A stretch of DNA of 64,000 nucleotides from Candidatus Doudnabacteria bacterium (GCA_041497195.1 JBGQGB010000001.1:73904-137903); one strand, 5' to 3'. Shown: positions 51,721 to 59,507, numbered from the stretch's first letter. Notes: generated by a model from the letters alone, not told the origin. Translations and numbers: made by a program.

Positions 51721-52293
51721 TCACCACACGAAGGGAATGAAAGTCTTGACCTGTTTTTTGTACTCTGGGTAAACATCGGGGAATTGCGCGCTCATAATCT
51801 CTTCCTCCATTGGTATGCGCACTACAAAGGCAACCAAACCCAGAAGCACTCCAAGAAAACTGGCAACTGTCCCGATAGTGAGCGCAGTTCCAAGCATCGC
51901 GAAAAATAATCCCGTATAAATGGGGTGGCGCACCAGCGAATATGGTCCTGACTGCACGAGTTCGTGACCTTCTTTGACTGTTGCCACTGAACCGGACCAA
52001 TTCTTGCCAAGCTTTATGCGCGCCCAGATAGCGAATGCGGCGCTAATGATACACAGGGCAGCTCCGACAACGCCGAAAAGTACGCGCTGAAATGTTATCA
52101 ATATCCCGAGAGTGCCGGGAAACTCCCGACTGAACAAAAAGAAAGCGCCGATTGCTAATAGGAGAGTTGTACCGAAGTATTTTGCCAGATGAGGTCTCTG
52201 CACTGTTCTTTTATTGCCGAAATGGCCGGCCAGCCAAACGAGTCCGATCACCGGCCAGCACCCATATGCGATTTGCGTATAGATAGTGATCAC
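51721..52293 (-). CDS. Isoprenylcysteine carboxyl methyltransferase family protein
   Basis: HELVQSGPYSLVRHPIY, EEE...F...Y..Y. Confidence 0.88.
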   Translation of the reverse strand: MITIYTQIAYGCWPVIGLVWLAGHFGNKRTVQRPHLAKYFGTTLLLAIGAFFLFSREFPGTLGILITFQRVLFGVVGAALCIISAAFAIWARIKLGKNWSGSVATVKEGHELVQSGPYSLVRHPIYTGLFFAMLGTALTIGTVASFLGVLLGLVAFVVRIPMEEEIMSAQFPDVYPEYKKQVKTFIPFVW

Positions 52294-52336
52294 CTTGGAA
52301 TTGATTGGCTGGCCTTATGGGACGGAGTTGGAACGA

Positions 52337-52834
52337 CTATACAACTTTGCCAATGTTAGCCTTTATAATTTCTAGTGCAGCTTTATGTAAATGCAAACTA
52401 CTATGACTAGCTGACAGGTTTTTAAAAACTACCACCTTGAACCCTCTGTAAAAAGCGTCTCTCGCAAAAGTAAGAACACAGTTTTCTGTATCAATACCAG
52501 CTAATTCAACTTGCTCAATTTCATTATCTTTAAGATAAGCGAGTAATTTATCATCCACAAAACTACTATAGGTATATTTTAAATAAAGATTGTTACTTTG
52601 AATAAACCCTTTAAGTTCATCAACAATATCTGTTTGTTTATTATTCAAGAACCCTTTCCAATTTAAATTTTTAGCAAAATTACTACTTTTACGGTTCATA
52701 TATTTTGTAAAAATAATCAGTTTATAGTTCTTTTTATTCTTTAGAATGAAGTTCCTAACTTTTGAAGGAACCTTGTTTGTTAATTTATTTACAAAACCTT
52801 TTTGAATGTCAATTATGATTAAGGCTTTTTTCAT
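52337..52834 (-). CDS. Isochorismatase-family cysteine hydrolase (very AT-rich gene)
   Basis: LIIIDIQKGF, KYTYSSF, GIDTENCV. Confidence 0.88.
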   Translation of the reverse strand: MKKALIIIDIQKGFVNKLTNKVPSKVRNFILKNKKNYKLIIFTKYMNRKSSNFAKNLNWKGFLNNKQTDIVDELKGFIQSNNLYLKYTYSSFVDDKLLAYLKDNEIEQVELAGIDTENCVLTFARDAFYRGFKVVVFKNLSASHSSLHLHKAALEIIKANIGKVV

Positions 52835-52865
52835 AAAAATGTTGGCTGCCCTGACAGTGCAAAAA

Positions 52866-53492
52866 CTAAAAAATCGAAAATCCCAAGAACAGTTTGGAGA
52901 GCACGGATAGAATGGGGACCAGAACCGCGTTGATAAGGCCCAAATAGAGAAACAAGATTATCAAAATAAATCCATATCGTTCCAGAGAGAAAATTTTGTA
53001 CATGATTTCATCCGAGAACAGGCTCGCCACTACTTTTGATCCGTCCAGAGGCGGAATCGGCACCAGATTGAAAATCCCCAGACCCAGATTGAGGATGGTT
53101 CCCTGCAGCAAAATCCCGTAAGCGAAACTTGACTCTGCCACCAAACCCAGACGGATCGGCAGCGCAAACGCCAAAGCCAGGAGAAAATTCGCCCCCGGCC
53201 CGGCCAGCGAGACCAAGGCCATATCCCGCTTGGGATTGCGCAGGTTAAAAAAGTTCACTGGCACGGGTTTGGCCGAGCCGAAGAGTATGGGCGAGTGAAC
53301 CAAAAATAAAAACGCCGGCAACAACACTGAACCAAACAGGTCCAAGTGCGGCAGCGGATTGAGAGTCAGCCGCCCGGCCCAGCGCGCGGTATGGTCGCCA
53401 AGGTAGTCAGCCACGACCCCATGGCAAAGTTCGTGCAACACGACTGAAAAAAGCAGAATGACGAGCGTGATTACTATTGACCACAAATCCAT
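52866..53492 (-). CDS. Site-2 protease (M50) family protein
   Basis: HELCH, LAGPGAN, NLVPIPPLDG. Confidence 0.9.
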   Translation of the reverse strand: MDLWSIVITLVILLFSVVLHELCHGVVADYLGDHTARWAGRLTLNPLPHLDLFGSVLLPAFLFLVHSPILFGSAKPVPVNFFNLRNPKRDMALVSLAGPGANFLLALAFALPIRLGLVAESSFAYGILLQGTILNLGLGIFNLVPIPPLDGSKVVASLFSDEIMYKIFSLERYGFILIILFLYLGLINAVLVPILSVLSKLFLGFSIF

Positions 53493-53531
53493 AATCTGTT
53501 ATCCTGAGAAAGACACATTTTAATTTTCCTC

Positions 53532-53747
53532 ATGTCTTCACCAAACAAAGCTTGCGCCATTTGCGGAAAAGGATACATGCGGTCTTTCAGTCGCTCCCAC
53601 TCGATGCAGTCCACGATCCGCCGCCTCCAGCCTAACCTACAATGGTTGCGCCTACCCTCGGGAAAACGAGTCAGAGCGTGTACTAAGTGTATCAAAAGCA
53701 TTTCCAAGGGTAAAATCAAAAACGAGCTCTTGGCGGTCACGGTCTGA
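53532..53747 (+). CDS. rpmB: 50S ribosomal protein L28
   Basis: CAICGK, SHS, PNLQ, CTKCIK. Confidence 0.92.
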   Translation: MSSPNKACAICGKGYMRSFSRSHSMQSTIRRLQPNLQWLRLPSGKRVRACTKCIKSISKGKIKNELLAVTV

Positions 53748-53784
53748 ATTTTCGTCCCGCTCCCAGCGAGCGGGATTTTGAATT

Positions 53785-54537
53785 ATGAAATACCGACTTT
53801 TTCACCTCAATATCCTCAAAGGACGCCTTTTGGGCCGGCTAATTCCATATTTGCTAAACAAACAGTACGACTTTTTGAATCTCCAGGAGGTCGCGGGCGG
53901 AAAGATGGGCTTTGACGGACGAGACAGTTTCACCATTATCAAAAACGCGCTCGGCTATGACGGCCGGTTAATAATCAATGAACAAACCGTGGGTGATGAG
54001 CAATCGTATTCGGGAAACGCAATGTTCTTCAAAAAGTCTATCGCCGCGGGACCAGCCGAAACTTTGTGGCTCAAAAAATTTCGAAAAATCACCGACGCCA
54101 CTTTGGTGCAAGACTATCCCCACGCGCTCATGAGCCAAATTTTCAAACTCAACGGCAAACCAATACAAATCATCAATTGCCACCTCGCCTGGGGCCCCAC
54201 CCCCAAAGACAAAAAATTCAAACTCATCCAGGGGCGCAGACTCGTTGAGTACGTGAAAAAGATCCGGATCCCCTTTGTCCTTAGCGGAGATTTCAATCTC
54301 ACAGCCGACTCGCGGATCGTCAAAGCACTAGACCGGCTGGTGCGTAATCTCACAGTGGAAACGAAAATCCCCAACACACTCAATGGCCATATCCACCGCA
54401 TCAAACGTCTGTTTCCCAAAGGGCTGGCTGTTGATTTTGTATTTGTCTCCAAAAGCATTAGGGTAAAAAAATTCCAACTCGTGGACAAACCTGATCTGTC
54501 GGACCACTACGGCTTGGCTTTGGAATTTGAAATCTAG
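53785..54537 (+). CDS. Endonuclease/exonuclease/phosphatase family protein
   Basis: LQEV, GDFN, VDFVFVS, SDH. Confidence 0.88.
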   Translation: MKYRLFHLNILKGRLLGRLIPYLLNKQYDFLNLQEVAGGKMGFDGRDSFTIIKNALGYDGRLIINEQTVGDEQSYSGNAMFFKKSIAAGPAETLWLKKFRKITDATLVQDYPHALMSQIFKLNGKPIQIINCHLAWGPTPKDKKFKLIQGRRLVEYVKKIRIPFVLSGDFNLTADSRIVKALDRLVRNLTVETKIPNTLNGHIHRIKRLFPKGLAVDFVFVSKSIRVKKFQLVDKPDLSDHYGLALEFEI

Positions 54538-54545
54538 CGAAAATC

Positions 54546-54582
54546 AAAAAAAACCGCCCGACATATTAAGGGGCGGCTTTTT
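54546..54582. terminator. Bidirectional terminator between convergent genes
   Basis: A tract-ccgccc...gggcgg-T tract. Confidence 0.7.
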
Positions 54583-54591
54583 ACCTCCAGG

Positions 54592-55839
54592 CTAAAGACT
54601 TTTGTAATAATCAGCTGCTGTCGAAAAACAGGTGTCCTGGACTTCTTTTTCCGTTATAGCCGAGCACAGGGCTTTGCCTTGGGTGTCTGAATGGTAATAA
54701 GAAATAAAATCTTTGACGGCACCGATGAAGCAATTTGTCCGCTGCTGCAGGTCTTTGCCGAGGTTGCAGCCGGCGATGGTTTGCGCCACATTGCTTGAGC
54801 TCAAACCGGAGACGTCGCGGCCGAGACTCTGGTAGCAGGTGTCCGTGTACTGCGGCCCCACTGTCGCGCAAAGGCCGAACACTTTATTGAAATCGTGATT
54901 TTCGACTTTGAGCATATAGGAAGTCTGCATCATATAGCAGGTGTTGCGGTAGGCCGGTTCCACCGCATCGCAGGGGTACAACGGGTCCGAAGGCGTCAAA
55001 AACTTGGTGAAATGGTTTTTGTTATCCACGATGACATTTTCCATGAACACCCCGCTCCAACACGATAGCCGCTCCCATTGGTCATTGAGGACGTCGCAGG
55101 TTTTGAGCGAATCAAAAAGCTCATCGTTGCTGATGGCCATGATGCCGTGGCCGAGGCCGTGGGCGCAATTATAATGATCAAACCCGTATTTTTTATACGG
55201 CGCCACTGTCAATGGAGTGCAGATGGAATTAAGCTGGGCATTGAGATGGGACGGACCGATACGTCCGATTACCCCCTCCAGCACTCCGTGGTAGTAGCCG
55301 GACCAGCAAAAACTGTCGCCTTGGGCGTAGGCCTCGGCCACGTTCGGATATTTATCGACTGCGGCGCGGCCAATCACGTGAACGAGGGGATGGCACTGCG
55401 ACACCACGTAACCGTTGGCTCCATAGCGCGCTCTCAAATCGGCAAACGCCGCTTGCACGCCTCCCTGCTGCACCAGTTGCATATAATATGTCTGGTAACA
55501 ATCAAAATTCTGGGCGTCTTGGCCTGGGCAAATCAAAGTGCTTCCGGGTGCGCCTGGCGAGGAGGGTGGTGCTGCGGGTGCAGTTTGTTTGCTTGTTGTC
55601 TGCTTTGCAGTGGACGTAGGGGTGTCATTTCCGACAGTACCGTTATTCTGCTGGGAAGGTGGCTGGTCGCGCGTTTCCACTAAACTTTGATTCACAAAGT
55701 GTCCGAGCTTGTCCAAATTGGCCGAGGAAATTTGGGAGCGCGATTCTTGCCGCCATCGATACAAAGCAAAACCTGCGACAGCCACGATAATGACTGCCAG
55801 AGTTACCAAAATTCTTAAATTCGAAAACTTGCCTTTCAT
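54592..55839 (-). CDS. Membrane-anchored Cys/His-repeat protein of unknown function
   Basis: TM, low-complexity linker, CHPLVHVIG, CWSGYYHG, CAHGLGHG, CWSGVFME; start at MKGKFS. Confidence 0.75.
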   Translation of the reverse strand: MKGKFSNLRILVTLAVIIVAVAGFALYRWRQESRSQISSANLDKLGHFVNQSLVETRDQPPSQQNNGTVGNDTPTSTAKQTTSKQTAPAAPPSSPGAPGSTLICPGQDAQNFDCYQTYYMQLVQQGGVQAAFADLRARYGANGYVVSQCHPLVHVIGRAAVDKYPNVAEAYAQGDSFCWSGYYHGVLEGVIGRIGPSHLNAQLNSICTPLTVAPYKKYGFDHYNCAHGLGHGIMAISNDELFDSLKTCDVLNDQWERLSCWSGVFMENVIVDNKNHFTKFLTPSDPLYPCDAVEPAYRNTCYMMQTSYMLKVENHDFNKVFGLCATVGPQYTDTCYQSLGRDVSGLSSSNVAQTIAGCNLGKDLQQRTNCFIGAVKDFISYYHSDTQGKALCSAITEKEVQDTCFSTAADYYKSL

Positions 55840-55861
55840 AAATCCAAAGGGCACAAAAGGC

Positions 55862-56878
55862 CTAGCGGGTGAAGTATACGAATTCCAAAACAATCAGGAT
55901 GAACCAGCCGATTTGCAGGACGAAAAAAGCCCCGATTTGGATAAATTCCAAAACCTGCATGCGCGACATTCCCAAATTTTCCGAAACGATCGTGTAGACA
56001 TCTTCCAAAGATTCGAGCTTGTCGCGAATTGTTTGCCGCCATTCTCCCAAGCGGAATTTCCGGGAAAGCGCTTCGTACAATCGGGCCGAATACCAGTCAC
56101 CGATAAGTTTGATTTCTCGCTCCAATGCCTCGAAATGGGCGATGGCGTCTGCGCGAATTTTTATCACTTCCCGAAACGCTTGCGTGACGTCTTTTGTCCG
56201 GAACCATCGGCTCGTGTCGGTTTTCACCAGCTGATAGGCGCGCCCCAGCTGTACGTCAAGACGCTGATCCAGCATACGATACCGCAGCAACTGATAGTTC
56301 GCCAGCTCCAGCAGTTCCAGCGTTTCGCCAAACTCCCCTTCCGGATCAAAAACAAACGCACCGTCCCAATCATAAATTAAAAGGTCGTCTTTGGCGTACT
56401 TCAGCTGGTGCGCCAAAGTGTGTTCGACTTCTTTCTCATCCAATTCCAATTTTTCCGATTTGAGCAGGCTGGCAATTTTGGAAGAGTTTTTTTCCAAAAA
56501 CAATTCCGGATCACCCTGATAAGCAGAAATCTGGTAGACTGTGTACTCTTCACTTGGCTCTTCTTTGCCGCCAAATTTCCCGGCGAATTTATAGCACATC
56601 TGCAAAAGTTGTTCCTTCAGCTCGAGTATGTCGCTACCGAACATGTCCGGCACTTCAATACTCCCTTCCACCACGACAACATCCGGGGAATAGGCTTTGG
56701 CTAGGAGTTCTACATCTAGAGTCCCGAGCTTCGCTTTTTTTTGCCCCACAATCGACTGAGCAGGGACTGATTGTTCGAAATAATGCGGCGCGCTACGGAC
56801 CGGCAAAGTCGGCGGAGCTTCTTTGCCCCGTTTTGCCACAACTGCTTCAGCTATTACGAAAGAAGTAATCTTATGCAT
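55862..56878 (-). CDS. Hypothetical protein, DUF155/RMD1-like with C-terminal TM
   Basis: DWDGAFV, LELAN, GDWYSARLY; start at MHKITS; family call tentative. Confidence 0.6.
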   Translation of the reverse strand: MHKITSFVIAEAVVAKRGKEAPPTLPVRSAPHYFEQSVPAQSIVGQKKAKLGTLDVELLAKAYSPDVVVVEGSIEVPDMFGSDILELKEQLLQMCYKFAGKFGGKEEPSEEYTVYQISAYQGDPELFLEKNSSKIASLLKSEKLELDEKEVEHTLAHQLKYAKDDLLIYDWDGAFVFDPEGEFGETLELLELANYQLLRYRMLDQRLDVQLGRAYQLVKTDTSRWFRTKDVTQAFREVIKIRADAIAHFEALEREIKLIGDWYSARLYEALSRKFRLGEWRQTIRDKLESLEDVYTIVSENLGMSRMQVLEFIQIGAFFVLQIGWFILIVLEFVYFTR

Positions 56879-56927
56879 AACGATTTTAAATGATGAGTTC
56901 GTCCAATCCATGGTCGGGCTGCTGGTC

Positions 56928-57025
56928 ACCGCCTTTGGCGGGATCCCGCCTTCATCTAAAACTTAATAGCTGGGGCGGGAGAATTGATTCGCCGCGGCGG
57001 ACTATATGCCCGCCTGCCATCGCCT
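56928..57025. repeat. Cluster of short GC-rich palindromes downstream of tRNA-Pro
   Basis: ccgcc-ttt-ggcgg; tcccgcc...ggcggga; gattcgcc-gc-ggcggac; cccgcctgccatcgcc. Confidence 0.55.
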
Positions 57026-57028
57026 CAA

Positions 57029-57099
57029 TCGGGGTGGGGAGAATCGAACTCCCACTACATGCACCCCATGCATGCGTACTACCACTATACTACACCCCG
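57029..57099 (-). tRNA. tRNA-Pro(GGG)
   Basis: CGGGGTG/CACCCCG acceptor, CATGC-ATGGGGT-GCATG anticodon arm, GGGAG-TTCGATT-CTCCC T arm; no encoded CCA. Confidence 0.93.
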
Positions 57100-57212
57100 A
57101 TGGTTAACAAACGTATCAATTCATTGTAGCCTTTGTGCGTTTTTAAATAACGTTCCAGGCTTTGGCCTCTAGCTCAATCGTATAACTTTCTTGATTTTAG
57201 CATTTTCTTCGC

Positions 57213-57253
57213 AAAAATAAAAAACGGGGAGACGCGCACTGCGCATCTCCCCG
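57213..57253 (-). terminator. Strong intrinsic terminator closing the orphan operon
   Basis: CGGGGAGATGCGC-AGT-GCGCGTCTCCCCG followed by TTTTTTATTTTT. Confidence 0.85.
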
Positions 57254-57293
57254 GCTCAATCAAGCTCCTCCCGGAGGAGGAATTGACTAGGTT

Positions 57294-57368
57294 TGGAGCG
57301 CACTAAGGGGTTTGAACCCTTGACCTTCTCCTGAGCAAGGAGTTGCTCTACCACTGAGCTAAGTACGC
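57294..57368 (-). tRNA. Atypical tRNA: Gly-type body, GCU anticodon, C37, encoded CCA
   Basis: GCGTACT TA GCTC AGTGGTA GAGC A ACTCC TTGCTCA GGAGA AGGTC AAGGG TTCAAAC CCCTT AGTGCGC T CCA. Confidence 0.85.
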
Positions 57369-57392
57369 CCCGTTAAATGTCATTGTGCAAGC

Positions 57393-57638
57393 CTATTGGT
57401 CCGCAGTTTCGCGAAATGCGTCTGATGGCCGTAGCAGTCTCCAGCCGTCAGGACCTTTGACCACCACAAGACGCACGCTAACGCTATGATGCTCCGAACA
57501 TTTGGGACCGTGCGGGTGAGCAAAGGTTAGCCTGGCTGGACAGACTTGCCCGGCCGGAACGATCTGTCCCACTTTAAGCTTGGCAGAACCGACCACGTGG
57601 GAGAACAGGGAATACTCCACATCTTTGTTTTCTGGCAA
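57393..57638 (-). CDS. Orphan 81-aa protein
   Basis: AGAGGAGG SD before a TTG start; C...HxH...C..HH cluster. Confidence 0.55.
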   Translation of the reverse strand: MPENKDVEYSLFSHVVGSAKLKVGQIVPAGQVCPARLTFAHPHGPKCSEHHSVSVRLVVVKGPDGWRLLRPSDAFRETADQ

Positions 57639-57654
57639 CGGTCTTCCCTCCTCT

Positions 57655-57871
57655 TTAAATTTTTTCAGCACACTGGGCCAGTGGTTCCGGGAACTGGTTC
57701 TTCGCCTTTCGACAACTGCTGAGAACCACGCTCCTGGCTCGGATCAAAATCTTGGCAGATTGGCAGTTGGCCTTGTGGTAGCAACGACTTTTGTAGTCGC
57801 GGTTCAGGTTGGTAGTTATCTGGTCTGGGCTCAGCAATAGGCTCAGGTATCTGGCGGGAAGTCTCTGTCAT
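57655..57871 (-). CDS. Orphan ORF slot; frame ambiguous (57665-57871 or 57655-57837)
   Basis: Two overlapping minus-strand frames fill the gap; one has CYHKANC...C...C. Confidence 0.35.
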
Positions 57872-57881
57872 CTTCGTCCAC

Positions 57882-58199
57882 CTAGGATATGCCAGGAACC
57901 AATTGCTGAACAGCTACATGAACGCGATCGGGTTGACCGCGCAGCCAGTTCTGGTAAATAGACGCTTTGACTTGCTGCCGCCATGCTGGCCCTTCGCATG
58001 CCTTGTAAATACTCAACATATCATGATAACTCCTGGCCAGGGTTTTTCTCTGCTTGGCAAGCTCCCGCAAAGTGGCAGGACTGTTTGGCCCAGACTTGGC
58101 AACTTCCTCGCGTCGCAAGTTATTGTGTTTTGTCAAAACTTCCTGCAATCGACATAGCTCCCGATAAAGCTCTGGCAACTCATCACGCATCTTTTGCAT
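57882..58199 (-). CDS. Orphan basic helical protein
   Basis: AGAGGGGAG SD; 105 aa. Confidence 0.55.
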   Translation of the reverse strand: MQKMRDELPELYRELCRLQEVLTKHNNLRREEVAKSGPNSPATLRELAKQRKTLARSYHDMLSIYKACEGPAWRQQVKASIYQNWLRGQPDRVHVAVQQLVPGIS

Positions 58200-58267
58200 G
58201 CTCCCCTCCTATGGGTGGTAGTTGAGGGTTGGCGGTTTCGCGTCCGAGGCTTGCGACGCAGCGCGTT

Positions 58268-58528
58268 TCAGTCGTGAAGTCCTTTCTCGCGGTGGTTGTG
58301 ATGCAGCTGCAAATAGAGCTTCAGCGCCACGTCCAATTGCCTGATTTGCTCTTTTAGTGAACTCAAGCTTGCCTGAGTGGCCTGATCAAGCTCGCCCTTT
58401 TTGGCTGTCTCACCCTTGAGCACTTTTTTCAGCTTACGGATTTGCCTTCTTAGACTAGGGATTTCCTGAAGGACATGCTTGGCATGCAACTTCATACGTC
58501 CGTGGTCCGGGTGATGGGTTTTATTCAA
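58268..58528 (-). CDS. Orphan coiled-coil protein
   Basis: GAGGAGGT SD; TTG start overlaps the upstream stop. Confidence 0.55.
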   Translation of the reverse strand: MNKTHHPDHGRMKLHAKHVLQEIPSLRRQIRKLKKVLKGETAKKGELDQATQASLSSLKEQIRQLDVALKLYLQLHHNHREKGLHD

Positions 58529-58896
58529 CGTACCTCCTCGGTTTGGGTTGGGCGGCCCGTAATGCGCTGTCCGCTGCGGACAAAAGATTGTTGCTTGTGA
58601 CTGGAACTGACTGCAGCAGGTTCACACGGCATGGTCAGAAACCAAGTCTGTGGAACTCCACATTTGTAACACCGCATAAATGCAGTGTGCAAATGATGAT
58701 GAGCCAAAGGCGTATGGCCGTTGAACTCATCAATCGCTGCTGCTTCTCGCTGCACAGATGAGGGCAGGAAAAACCGCCCGACGAGTCGATCTAGAACATC
58801 GATGGCACGAATTGCCTGCCACCTGATTCTGCCTCGACGTTTATAGCGAAGAAAATCCCGCTGCGAAGTTTGAAACGACCAGGCACGTTGGATCAT
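58525..58896 (-). CDS. Orphan protein with H...CxxC...C motif
   Basis: ATGA overlap with the upstream ORF; HHHLH...RCYKCG...MPC. Confidence 0.55.
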   Translation of the reverse strand: MIQRAWSFQTSQRDFLRYKRRGRIRWQAIRAIDVLDRLVGRFFLPSSVQREAAAIDEFNGHTPLAHHHLHTAFMRCYKCGVPQTWFLTMPCEPAAVSSSHKQQSFVRSGQRITGRPTQTEEVR

Positions 58897-59087
58897 TCCC
58901 GCAACCCCTTTGGCGACATGGAAGAGCGATCCGTGCTCCTCCCCGCAGCTTTCACAGCTTGGGCGTGCAGATCAGTCGCTTCGGGACAAATTTCTCGTTT
59001 GTTCGGATCCACTCGCTTCCCGCAAAACATGCACTGGTTTGGTTTGCCTGCAAGGGTAACATGAAACTTTGCCGCGCGTGCCGTCAT
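58893..59087 (-). CDS. Orphan 64-aa protein with H...CxxC...C motif
   Basis: AGAGGAG SD; FH...QCMFCGK...EICP. Confidence 0.55.
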   Translation of the reverse strand: MTARAAKFHVTLAGKPNQCMFCGKRVDPNKREICPEATDLHAQAVKAAGRSTDRSSMSPKGLRE

Positions 59088-59145
59088 ATGTGGTGGCTCT
59101 CCTCTAAGTTAACTTACTAGGCTTGCACCTAGTCCTCCATTCGAT

Positions 59146-59156
59146 TTGTAAAGATC
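59146..59156 (-). promoter_or_regulatory. boxA-like element
   Basis: GATCTTTACAA just after a 23-bp hairpin; resembles TGCTCTTTAACA. Confidence 0.4.
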
Positions 59157-59160
59157 CATC

Positions 59161-59442
59161 CGGAACAGAGGCAGAAACAGCCGAAATTTGCGGCTGTTTC
59201 TGCCCCCGCTCCAGGCTCGCAACACCTCCTGCTAAAAACCAAAATTCCGCTTTCTGGCGGAACTTTAGGTTTTTGCTGCGAGTTTAGACTAAACTTTTAG
59301 CTTACACATAAGTTCCGCTTTGATCTGCTAAGGATCAAATTAATGCTAAACATGCGGACAATAGTTTGTCCGGCAGGTTTGGCATTCCAGATTCTCTTAG
59401 CTGATGCGGATTTGCTCATGCTTAAGCCAAAAATTAATCTTA
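59161..59442 (-). ncRNA. Large structured leader or ncRNA, family not recognised
   Basis: Four-way junction with loop-loop complementarity plus two long hairpins; G-U pairs favour the minus strand. Confidence 0.7.
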
Positions 59443-59448
59443 GGAATC

Positions 59449-59476
59449 ATCATAGCATAAATTGAATATCTGTCAA
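59449..59476 (-). promoter_or_regulatory. sigma70 promoter
   Basis: TTGACA-16 nt-TATGAT with a TGn extension. Confidence 0.75.
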
Positions 59477-59507
59477 GACGAAACTGCGAACTTTTCCACA
59501 ATCAGGC

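Noticed and set aside
56971-56990. Possible att-site duplicate of the tRNA-Pro 3' end (tggggcgggagaattgattc)
   Set aside because: Short, gapped, only about 40 nt from the tRNA, and explained by the local palindromes.
57163-57185. tRNA-like 5' fragment on the plus strand (ggcctctagctcaatcg)
   Set aside because: No D-stem closure, anticodon arm or T arm follows; too short to call.
57294-57368. UGA-to-Gly recoding tRNA, since the loop contains UCA
   Set aside because: UCA is at positions 36-38, not 34-36, and TGA terminates conserved genes here (frr, gap, rplP).
57393-59087. Prophage call
   Set aside because: No integrase, terminase, capsid, replication gene or att repeats are recognisable.
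59161-59442. Assigning the leader to SAM-I, c-di-AMP, cobalamin, T-box, tmRNA, RNase P, SRP or retron msr-msd
   Set aside because: I could not find their conserved cores, and no reverse transcriptase is nearby.
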